A stretch of DNA of 64,000 bases. It comes from Geosiphon pyriformis uo1 (lineage: Eukaryota > Fungi > Glomeromycota). A program made the translations under genes and the position numbers. The stretch spans positions 62,001 through 126,000 of the forward strand of contig JAAOMT010000708.1 of NCBI GenBank assembly GCA_016748015.1. The letters run 5' to 3'. Shown here one piece after another: positions 47,991 to 59,987 of the stretch. The notes beneath the pieces were generated by a model that was not told the DNA's origin, did not search any database, and saw only the letters and a list, made by a program, of their open reading frames with translations. How positions within the stretch are numbered: position 1 is the first letter of the stretch; each line of letters opens with the position of its first letter.

Positions 47991-50900
47991 TTATTATTAT
48001 TATTAAACTATTTAAGTTTTTGCTTTATTAAAAAATCTAAAAGCACAATATATTGTTCAAAATTAGAATTGGGATTTAAATTGTCATTGATGTTATTGCT
48101 ATTGTGAATGGTATTGAAACTATTGTTGTTATTATCATTGAAGTTTGAATTATGATTAAATTTTAATTTTAATTCTGAAGTGCACTTGCTAATTGGTTCT
48201 TTTTCTTCAGAAATTGAATAGATTAAATATGATGATAAATTGTAAATAAGATTACAATTGTTACAATATTCGAAGTTACTGAAAATTAAGCAATGTTTAC
48301 AGAATTTAGTATTTAATTGTTTTAAATACTGCTTTTGTTTTTCTCAAGTAAGTGCTAGATCTTGGTAGTGTTTATAAAATTGTTTTAGATTGCTTAGAAT
48401 ATTAACAAAGATGTTTGGATTTGGAATAAGAATAGTTTTAACAAATTCTGGTAGATTATTTTTAATAGTTAATATTTTGTTGAGTAAAGCACTTTTAACT
48501 TTGACACTTGTCATTCTTTAGATCTTATCTTCATTATGTAGATAACTGTTTAAATATGTAAGTATTTGATTCTATATAGTGTTAAAAGACATTTCTCTGC
48601 TTATCCAGTCACTTATAAGAATTGTGTATTAACATAAGGCATTACACATTTTTTTTCAACTAGAAATGTCATTTTATATTTCTTTGTTAAATAGTGTTTT
48701 TCTATAAACAAGACACAGTTCATTGTTTTACTTTTCTTGTTTTTTTAAATATCTAAAGCATTCTCTATAACACAGTTTGCAATAATAACAGATATGTGTT
48801 CAATATTCCTCTTCTGACAAAATTTAAACTTCTATATATAAAGGCTTTTTTTATAGTCTTTGTATTTAAGTAGAATATAAAATAGTTTTTTCTTGGTTTT
48901 GCTGTGTATAAAACATGTTAACTATTATTTATTTCTTCTGTAAAGATAGTGATTTGAGATTCATTCTCTTTTTTTCTTTTTTTTTTGTTGTTTTAGAATA
49001 AAATTAGTGGTAACTTATTGTGATTATTGTTAAATCATAAAACTTAATAGGTTTTTCAGATAGATTTGTTTATTTTTTTTCCAAATTTTATTAGTAATTG
49101 TAATTAAGTTATTTTAAAGTAATTACAAGTAGCTAATACCTAAGTATGCTAACTATTTTGATTAAGTTATAGCTTTTAAATATTTTAGTCAAGCATAATA
49201 TTAGTTTTAAACAGCCAGTTATTATTAATGAAAGCTTGGTATTGTGTGGTTTTTATAACAAGAATTTTAATAAGTATAATAGTACCATTAACTTCAAAAA
49301 AAAAGTTATCAATTTTGTTAATAAAAGTTTTGATGGCTCTATTAACAATAATAATTCTAGTATTGGCAACATGATCAACTTAGCAATCTAATTGGTTCAT
49401 AAGTTGTTGTGTAATAATGCTGTCTATTAAACTACTATTAAGAATTAGTTTGATAAAGTGGCCATCAACTTTGGCATTAGTATACATAATAGTGATTGGT
49501 TTGATGTTAAGAATAGCTCTATAGAATAACAGGATTTTTGATTGGTTTTTCAACTCAAATAAAAAAATAGCAGTTAATGATTTGTCTTCTGTAATAAATA
49601 TTAGTAAGATGTTGTTGGTAAGTAGTATTGAATTAGTTTCTAGTAATTTTGGTGTTGTGATTTCTGGAATTATTATGAAACTTAAATACTTCTGAAAATT
49701 TGGGATTTGGATATACCCATTTTTTGTATTCTGCTGGTATAATTCTAATGACTGGTTTGATAAACTAAAGATTGATTGGTGTATTATTATTACTGATCTC
49801 TAATTCTGCTAAATATAAGTAATTTTTGGTTTTAAATTTCTGGTTAATATTAGCACAATAATTTGGAGTGACATTTGAATTTGTTAGGGTTAATAAATTA
49901 TTTGTGGCTGTAAGATTTAATAAATTACTAGTATTAGAACTTAATAAATTGTTTGATTGTTAGTTAAGTTAATTAAGTTATTAAATTGTTTTAGCTTAGA
50001 GTTTAATTAAGATAATCTATTCATAACTAGATTTACAATTTGTTTGTAATTGGCTTTAAGTTTGGCCAATTCAAAATTTCTGGAATGTGTGACTGTATCT
50101 TAAAAAATATTTGGGTGCATTAAGCATATTTGTTGTAACAAGCTGCTGTATAATTCATGAATAAATTGATTTAAAATCTGTGATGCTGTAAAGTAGTCAA
50201 CATTAATTGCTTGAATTTGGTACAGATTTCTGTAAAAACATCTTAAATAAGTGTAAACTGCTTTAGTATTATCTTGTTTAATAATAGTAAAGCTAGTTAA
50301 TAAGCAATTTATGCTATTATTATTACTAAAATACTGTAAAAATATGGTTTTAAACATGTTAAAATCTTGAGATTTGTTGATAAAATTTTAATACCATAAG
50401 TCAGCTGTGTTTTGTAAAAAGTAAAAAATGGTTTGAAGAGCTTTGGTGTCATTTTATTTATTGGCTGTGATGATTTTGACCACATTGTTTAACTATGTTT
50501 GGATATTTTTCTTTTTGCTGATAAATTTCTCAAGTTTTGTAATTGGTATATAGATTATTAATACAAATAGTAATTGTTGTTGTGATTATTGTTAGACAAT
50601 AATTGGTGCTATTGGTAGTTAATTAATCAGAATAACAGAAAGTAAGTTTTCTGAAAGAATAAAAGCTGGGTTTAAATTGTTCAAGTTTGGCTAAATTTGA
50701 ACAATTGGAGTTATAATTTCCAGATTAATTGAAATCAGATTTTGATTATTATTTTCTTAATTACTGTCTTTTTTTTCTTTTAATTCAGTATTTTTCTAAT
50801 AACTGGTAAATTCGAAATTTGGTTGAAGTGGTAATGATTAAAGTCTTAATGATATTGTTAGTTATAATTTAAATTTTTTAAAGAAATTGCCATAGGTTCT

Positions 50901-53900
50901 TAATAATTTGACTTTCTCTTAATTATTTTGAAATAATATTCTGGATAATAATGTTTTTGCAATTGATGATAATGCAAATTTGGATTGTATGTAAATAGTA
51001 CTTTTTAGTATATAATAGTATGATAAGTAAATGAATAAAACAATTCTTGGTTTTTTTTAAGTAGGTGTTTGTATTTTTTTGGTGTTCCTGTTAAAGTTTG
51101 TAATTTTTTTTTGTCTGTAAAGATAATAAAAAATCTCTATTAGGTGTAATTTTCAATTTATCTTTGTGATTAGTGGGGTAAACAAATAATTTTGTGAAAA
51201 CATAGTGCTTTGAAATAATTTACTATAGAAATTTTTGAGTGTAACTTTTGAATCTTCTTGGTTTTTTAAGTAAGATTTAATTTTTTCATTAACATAGAAG
51301 TTGAAAGCTAATTTTGTTGACCAATAGTTACTTGTCAGTTCAAGATAAGTTTGGTAGTATTAAAATAAGAATTTTGCAAATCTTAAATGATTTTTTCTTA
51401 TGATTTTTTGGTCTGTCACTTTTTTGAATAGTTAATATTGATGCTGGTTTTCTGTTAGATTATATTTTACAAGGAGTACCAAATGTTATAGATAATTATT
51501 TGAGGTGTTAGAACAAATAACAAACCTGTAACTTAGTGCTTAATAGTTGTAAATATTGGTAATTTTTGAAGGTTTTAGAGTTTGAAAGTTTTGGTTGAAT
51601 CTTTTATATAATAAACAAAGATTTAGTTGATAATTTTTTCTGTGAATTCCTTTTTTTAGTGTGGTGGCTGGTTTATTTTAACAGTCATATTCTTCTGGTA
51701 AGTTATTTTTGAGTTTTTTATCTTTGTTTCCAGGTCTTTTACCAGACTATTTTTAACATTAATTACTTAGTGCTTAATCTCTTTAATTAATTAGTAAACA
51801 ACAAAGAAAACAAAACAAAAAAAAATAAATAAAAAAAAAAAAAATAAAAAATTAGTATCTTATCAATAGCCATAATCAAAAGTTATTGGTTTAATGTAAT
51901 TAAATATTAGATAATATTAATATAGAATATTAATAGTATGAAATGAATTAATATTTTTTTAATTAAGTAATAATAATATAGATTTAGATAATAATAGATG
52001 TTTTATTAATATAAGTATAATTCCATTTCAAGTTATAGAAAACTATTTTTTAAAGGAAGTAGTATTGTTGTTTTAAACTGAATTGTCTGTTTTTCTTGTT
52101 TTTAACATTTTTATTATATATATATAATTTATGTTATATAAGATTTTTTGAAAATTTTCAATTTTTTTAAAAAAAATCTTAAAATTCTACAATTCTGTAA
52201 TTCTGTAATTTCTTAAAAAAAATTCTGAAATCCTGCAATTTTTCAAGAAAAATTCTGGAGTTTTTTTTTTACTATGTCTATTTCTGATTGGCTATTTTAT
52301 CTACTTATTATAATTTTTAATTTTTATAAGTAATAGTGCTTTATATTTAATAGAATTTACAACATTATGTTTTTTAAGCCAACAATAATTATAAAAGTTA
52401 GATAAAACCATATTTAATTCTGTAATACATATATCTAAAACAGCTTGACTATCTAAATACATTATAACATTATTAAAAGCCAAAACATACTTCAAAATCA
52501 GAGCAATTGTCTGTAATTTTGTCATTGTAAAAGACACCAAACTACTAATTTCAATGCTAATATTTAAATTTAAGTTAGCAAAAAATATAGCTGCACTACA
52601 CTTTATCTCATACATACTCAAGTTTTTTAAGAATTTATTTGTATAAACATTAATAATATCCAAATTAGCTTTAAATAAACATTATTTTATTATAAAAAAA
52701 TCATTAATATCCAAAATATTTAAAAGCTAAAATCTACTAACAAGTGGCTAAACAGCAAAATAAGAAGTAGAATTAACTAAGTAATTACATAATAACTCGA
52801 ACCAAGTAGAAACTAGATCTTTAGAATTAAGCCTTTTCTAATAATAAAAACTTTTCTAATTAAAAATTAACACTTTTTTATTATATAATTGTTCAATAAA
52901 AACAATGCCAATTTTTTTAAGTAAGTAAGAAACATTATAAAACAATACATTTTCTAAAACTAAAAACATAGAAATGTTACTAGAAAACCAAAATATAAAG
53001 GACAGAATATTAATAAAAAAAACATTATAATTCAAAAAATTTTTTATTACACCAGCCAGAAAATTGTTAACTGAACTAATTTTTAATTTTACAGGATTTT
53101 GCAAATAATAAATAGAAGATTAACTCAAAATTTGCAAATTTAAAAACTTATAATTAAACAAATAACTAAAAATCTCATTAGTATTTGAAAAACTTAATAC
53201 AAATGCCAATTTACTTTCTGTTTGTACTTGTTTAAATAATTTAAAGCCACACAAAGATGAATAATAAAGAGTCTTATTAAGAAAATCTTTTGACAAGCCA
53301 GCTTTTATCTTTAAATTCTTTTTAATTAACATATTTTATTTGTTGTATACACTTTTAAAAACAAAATTAAACTGGATTTTATAATCAATAATAAGTTAAA
53401 ACACAGCCAAAACTAGATAAAAGAATTACTTGTCCAAAATAACTTTTTTTAAAATTATGTTGGCAAAAAACCTAATATTCAAATGAGCTTTTTTTAAACT
53501 GGATTTGAATAAACTTTTAAAAAACAAAAAAATACCAAGATATTTATAAAACTTTCCACTTTGTGTTATAGATATTAACAGACTACTTATTAATAATAAA
53601 GCATTCTTAACTCTTTAGTTAATAGGAATGGCTATTATTTTCTTATTGTTGATTAAAATGTTATAAATACTAAAAAACTCACTTATAATATCCAAAATAT
53701 ATTGAGTAGCAGCTTGACTATTTTTTATTTAAATTATATTATTGACAAAAGCACCAGCCACCAGATATAAAGTCAATTTACTTTGGTTTTCTATTCTGCC
53801 AGTTTTGGTTACAAATTTAATGTTAATATAATAACTGTACAAACTTTTATGTCTTTTAATTTCACATAAAAAAGAATTATAGAAAATTCTCTAGAGCAGA

Positions 53901-56900
53901 GGAAAGAAAACTTTATTCTGGTTCAGACTATTATGTACTTAGTATTTATTAATTAAACTATAATCAATTATGGCCCAATTAATTCTACCATTATAAATAC
54001 TACCAAAGAACTTAATAAATTGCTTACATATTTTAATTTAAATTAAATTATTTTTCATATAATATTAATCAACAGAATCATATACCTTTTACATATTCTA
54101 TAAGACCAGCCAAAATTCATGATCTTTTTCTAAAGCATCTTTAATTACTGAGCTAACTGCAAAGATAAGAGACTAAATAATAATGTCTTTTAATACAAAA
54201 AAGTTGTTACCATGAAGAATATTGAATCTACTATAAGCCAAGAAGATTTTATCAAAAAGAATCTTGGAAAGAATCTTATAAGCAGTCTTAATTAAAGCAA
54301 TTGGTTTAATATTGCTTAAAACACTCTTACATTCATAAAATTTAGAACTTATTAACATTTAAGCTTCTTTCCAAGGTTAAGATACAGATTTACACATTAA
54401 ACAAGAGTTTAAAAGATCCAAAAACATAACAAGAACTGAATTATCACAATGTTTTCAAAGTTTATTTGTAATATTTGACAAACCAGTGGTCTTTTTATTA
54501 AACAGATTTTTGATTACATGTATCAAATCATTATAATTAATAGTATTCATAACATTGGAAAAAGCAGTATTATTAACATAAGTCAGCAGCAGATATTGAT
54601 AATATTACAGATTAAAAATACTGTTTAACATTAATTTTTTTCTTGTTTAACTTTCTATAATTGTATTAATTTTAGATTTAATTTCACCAGGATTCAGAAC
54701 TAGTTTATTATCAACAACCAAATAATCTAATACAACTTTTTGAAAAGAACACTCCAAAACACTTCTGATTGTGTAATTCTTATTAACAGCAAAGCTTTTC
54801 ATATGTTTGTTAATAGCAGATCTAATAAGTGACTCTTTAGCTCTTAGAGATTTAGCAAGTTTGGAGATGTAATATAATTTTTTTACTTTAAAAAAAAAGG
54901 ATTTTATACAGTTAAAATTAAAACTAGAGTTCAATAAAACTTAAATATTTAAAGCATTATTACTGTTCAAAAACATTTAATGGCTTATTAAAGAATTGAA
55001 CTTATCATTAGTTTTATTATATAAAGATTTGGCAATTTTTAATACCAACAATTCTAATTTATAAAACTTAGAAGAATTCTTAGTAAAAACACTATTAAAA
55101 TTATTGAACCATTTTTTTTAAACACCTTATTGGCTAATAAACTTACTATTTTATAAATAATATCTTATATTACATCTATATTTGAGAAATTTCTAAATAC
55201 AATAAATTTATCAAAAAACATAGTAATATTGACCATTATAGCATTCTTGAATTTGTTCTATTTAGTATTACCAGTATTTTTAAAATCAAAACTTTTAGCA
55301 ATCTTTATTTGCCAGCTTATAAAAAAAGATTAAATATGTATTCAACAAACCACTCAAATTCACAAAAATAAAAACCACTTGATAATTAATGTCAAGATGC
55401 TTTTTAATATTTAAAACATCATGATTTACTATTACATTAATTAAATATAAGGAAATAAATATGAAATCAATTGTTTTTTCAACACTTCTAAAATTATTCT
55501 ATGTTAAGGTTTTTGCAATCAAGCTTTCTACCAAAGAATTAACCAGTTCCAAATCAAGATATTTTTTAAAGCTGGTATATCTGCAAAAATTATTTTTATT
55601 AAAATTACTTTTTAAAATTACAAATAAAGTTTTGTTTACAGCTTTAGCAATTAGTGAATTAATTTTTTTAGCTTAAACCAAGCATGTTGCCAAAGCAGCA
55701 TCAACATACAGTCTCAAAATTAACATAGAAAGTTTATTTATGAAAAGCAGCTTAATAAACAAAAGTTTATCAGCAATCTTTAAAATTTTGTATATATGTC
55801 TTGCTAAATCAATGTTTATAATGATTATAACATCAAAACCCAAGTGGTCAGACTTCAAACCAAATGTAAACACTCAAATACTATCAAATTTGTTTATAAT
55901 ATATGGATTAATTTTATTTTTTAATTTTGTCTTAGTAACAATAGAAATCAAATTGTTTATTTCTTTATGCCAATAAAAATATTTTTTTGCTTAATAGAAT
56001 TGTTTATACTTCTTATATTGCATGTGGCAATTTTCCAGATTAAATCAATTATTATTGAAGAATAGTGTCTAAACTTAAACTTTTATTATTTACTTTGGCC
56101 AGTAGACTCATAATTATATCTAATAAATTGTTCATTTTTTTTTTAAATTTTTTGATAACTAACAAATTTAAAATCTTAGCTTGAGCAACAGTTTTATTAT
56201 TAATAACTGCACCCAAATTTTCACTTATTATTATATCTGTTTCTTAATTTTGTGATAAAAAAGTTACCAATAACTGACATTCAAGATTAGGTTAAAGAAC
56301 TATTGGTCAAAATACATTCAACTTCTTAGCCAACTTATCAACTTGTTTTATGAAGCTGTCAAAATTGTGTTTAAAAACAGCAAATCTATTACTTACTTTC
56401 AAAAAAATTAGCGGAGAAGATTTAACATCTAAAGATGAATTAGCACCAGAAAAAGCCAAAGATATCATATAAAAAACAGAACTATCAGCAATTTGAGACC
56501 AAATTTTTCTACCAAATAAAACTGGTTAAACAATTGGTGTTTGTTTCTTTTTATATATATTTGCCAAGCAAATTTTATTCTGAAAATTAATTACTCTCTT
56601 AATGTAACCATCCAAATTTTTATTCTTTGAACAAGTATTAAAAACATGATTAAATTGTTTGTACTAAGTATAACAAGCCAAAAAAAGACCAGCCCAATGT
56701 AAATTTACATTTTTAAAAACTAGAATAGAATTAATGGCAGCTTTTTTTAATGTCTTATTAGCAAAACAAACCACAGTATATCTATTATATACATAAGAAA
56801 CTAGATTATAACTAATAAAGCAAGTCTTTCTATCATATAATTTCAACAAACCAAAAAGATTATAAGCAATAGTACCAATTGGCAAAATATACAACAAAGC

Positions 56901-58145
56901 CTGATATAAATCCCTAAATATTCATGTTTGTTTGTTATTTACAGTTTTAATTATATGAACAGAATATTTTCTTATAAGTACAGATTATTAAAAGATAACC
57001 AAATCAGCAACTTCTGATAATTTAAATTTCACTAAGGTTTTTTGCCAAAGACTAATAAGTTGTAATCTAATTGATGTAATTTTATTGAATTTAAAAAAAA
57101 CTGATTTCACAACCAATTTGAGAAGATTGACTGAAATTTTCTTGACTATTATTTCTTAATTTGTATATTTATTTGCTATTTTTATATTATTATTAACTAA
57201 AATTTTTTTATTAATTGCCAACTTTCTAGTCTTTTTTAAACTAAGTTCAAACATAAAAGATGATTTAATTATTTTAAGAAACTTTGAGAAAGTTAATGTC
57301 TCCTTAAAATTATTAACACAAAAAAAAATTTTTTTTATCACCAAAAATTTATTACTAGAAGATTTTTTGGGCACAATAAAAAGCTTGATATTTAATACAA
57401 ATAACTTTGCTAAATTAAAACTCTATTTTTCTAAAACATGTGACCCAACCAATAAGAGTTGTTTGAAGTCATTAAATTTAGGTAATAGCATTAAAACATT
57501 TTTATTATTGCTTAAATTCACAAATAAAAGAGTTTTTAGTAATTGACTTAATATATATGTTTAAATATAAGTTTTCTGCAGCATAGTATTATTTATATTA
57601 TTGTTAATTACCAAAGTGTCCAAATTTACATAGTTAGTTTTTTTAACAATCATGTTTTTTATATTTTTTTACATCTAATAGACCATTAATACTACTAGTT
57701 TTGTTGTTAACTTTGCTACTTTAAGACATTATAGACTTCTCACTAAAGACATTAATATTTTTAAGACTTAAAAAGCCAGCAAATAAGTTAATTATATTAA
57801 TATTTACATTAGACTTTTTTGACTTTTTGTGAAATATACTATAGGAGTATATACTTTCTACACACTTTTTTTTTATGCTTGAATGAGTTTTTAAATCAGC
57901 CAAATCTGAACTAAAACTATTAGCAGAAAAACTCATTGGTTTTATTGCAATAGAAAGAGGTAAGTTGGAAGAAATAATTAAAGAGATACAAAAAGAAAAA
58001 GAAGAAAAAATAAAATATTTTTTTGATAATTTTTTGTTCTTGTTATGGTCAGAAAATTGACAAAAGAAAAATATTTTAATATTTAAATTTTACAAAAAAT
58101 TGTTTATTATAATTTTATAAAAAATTTTTTGGTGTTTTTAAGTTT

Positions 58146-58178
<33 letters not shown>

Positions 58179-58910
58179 TTTAATTTATATAATTATTTGT
58201 AAAAAATTTATATTTAAGATTTGGTTTAATAAATTTTTTCAGTTTTTTAAAAATAATAAAATAATTAACTTTAAGTTAATTAATTTTTGTTAAGATTTAA
58301 TTATTTAGTACAAAAAAAAATTTAAATGTTTAATATTAAATTAAGAATAAAAAAAGTGTTTAATTAATATTATAAATTGTTTTTTGATTTGGTTTAAAGT
58401 TCTATAATTGTTGTTTTCAAATTAATTATTTAAAAACTAAGTATACTTAAAGACAATTGGCTTTGGTTTTAAGAAAAACTATATGTTATTTCAGTTTTAA
58501 TTAATAATAATAATTTTAATCAGTTAAGTAACTAATTACATGTAAAAAGTACATAAGTTATATTTATCTTAAAACATGTTTTTGTTGTATTGTAGTAAAT
58601 AATAATTGGATCTTACTTATAAATTGAATAAAAATAAAAACAATTTATTGCTAATCATAAAAAAAAATAAAAAAAATAAAATTAACAATAATATAAATTA
58701 TTTAAATTTGCAATTTTAAATATAATTATTAAATACATATATACAACTTTTTTGATTTTTACAATTAGAATAAATCTTAAGTTTAAATTGAAGATCATTG
58801 AAAGATAAGATAATAGATAATGAATAAACGAGATCACAGATATTCGATTTTTGGGGGTTATTAAAAATTTGTTTTTTCATATCAATTTTTTTACCGTCCA
58901 GCTTTTACAT

Positions 58911-59628
58911 ATGGTGAGTTCTTTTGGTATTTTCAGCGCTCACGATATTTTATTACTATACCAGGGAGAATAAAACTGGAATTTCGATGACCCCAAACAT
59001 AATCTATGCGAAGCAAAATTTTTACTTTTTTAATCTCTATTCATGCTATTTTTCTTTTTTATCTATTCGTTAATTTAGGCCAAAAGAACTAAAAAGGCAT
59101 GTATAATTCCCTTCAATGGGGCAAATTCTTTCATATATATTTTTATATTTTAACCAAAAATGACAATAATCGATCCATCCAAATTCTTATTTTCTAGGTC
59201 GGAGTTGTCGGGAAATATGGCACCCGATATGGTGCCTCGCTGAGAAAACAGATTAAAAAGATGGAAATAACCCAACACGCAAAGTATACCTGCTCTTTCT
59301 GCGGCAAGGTAAACAGAACGTATTGATTAGACTATTTCAAGATTATAACTGTCTGAATTTTGATTTTTTGGTGTTCCATTAACAAGGATACCGTCAAGAG
59401 AAAAGCGGTCGGGATTTGGGAATGCCGAGCGTGTAAAAAAGTTATGGCTGGTGGTGCCTGGACAGTATCGTAAATATTTGTTGTCTTTAGAGATTATTGT
59501 TCTTTCAGAAAGACACCCAACAAATAGAAAATCTGATATTTCAATTTTACCTAATTCCTTTTAGAACCACTACCGCTGCCACAGTTCGCTCTACTGTACG
59601 TCGTCTTCGTGAATTGATGGAATCTTAA
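58911..59628 (+). CDS. RPL43: 60S ribosomal protein eL43 (L37a), 92 aa; exons 58911-58913, 59079-59096, 59198-59308, 59387-59469, 59565-59628
   Basis: Spliced: [92 protein letters not shown]; 279 nt in total. Confidence 0.97.
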
Positions 59629-59987
59629 GGAATGATTTCAAATAAACTAGGAAAATTTCAAATCTCTACCATTAAAAACTATCATATAGAATTAGGAGCA
59701 TTTTCAAAGGCTATTGATTTGATTTTAAAGATCAACATTTTATGAGCAAGTTTGGTTTTTTTATTTGTTAAGAATACAAGACCACTGTAAAATTTATAAT
59801 TTGAATCATTCCGTGCATGTACAATGTGTTCTGGATAAAACCAAAGGGCGTAAAAATCTTCACACTTTATTTTCTCAAAAGCGGGAACCTAATTTGAAAG
59901 ATCTACTCATGGGTCAAAAATCATCAAATGGTTGTTCCTAAGTTTTCGGGCTACGATGATCAGTAGGTAATTCCCTGTACTGAAAGT

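Larger units (their letters stand above)
36063..52335 (-). mobile_element. Near-complete, heavily mutated family B LTR element (B4); LTRs 36063-36830 and 51484-52335; split in integrase by LINE L-d
   Basis: gag ~49990-51420, PR ~49150-49560, Cys-rich ~48250-48870, dUTPase ~47560-47990, RT (YLNN<YLDD, ~46575), RH, IN ~45600-45115 + 38260-37690 with GPY/F, 3' ORF. TSD GCAC/GTGC. Confidence 0.9.
34981..58078 (-). mobile_element. Full-length, strongly decayed LINE copy L-e (ORF1 57936-56052; ORF2 56052-35119; (TAA)n tail), split in RNase H by B4
   Basis: Fragments homologous to L-c and L-d on the - strand. The reading VNSIKYKA|LAVFWTKIKGH is restored across 52336/36062. Confidence 0.9.

Noticed and set aside
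45115-51420. APOBEC-style cDNA editing as the cause of G>A changes
   Set aside because: C>T changes are also abundant on the same strand and LINEs are equally affected, which points to genomic double-stranded mutation.
58914-59078. Intronic snoRNA in RPL43
   Set aside because: No paired C/D boxes or clear H/ACA structure.
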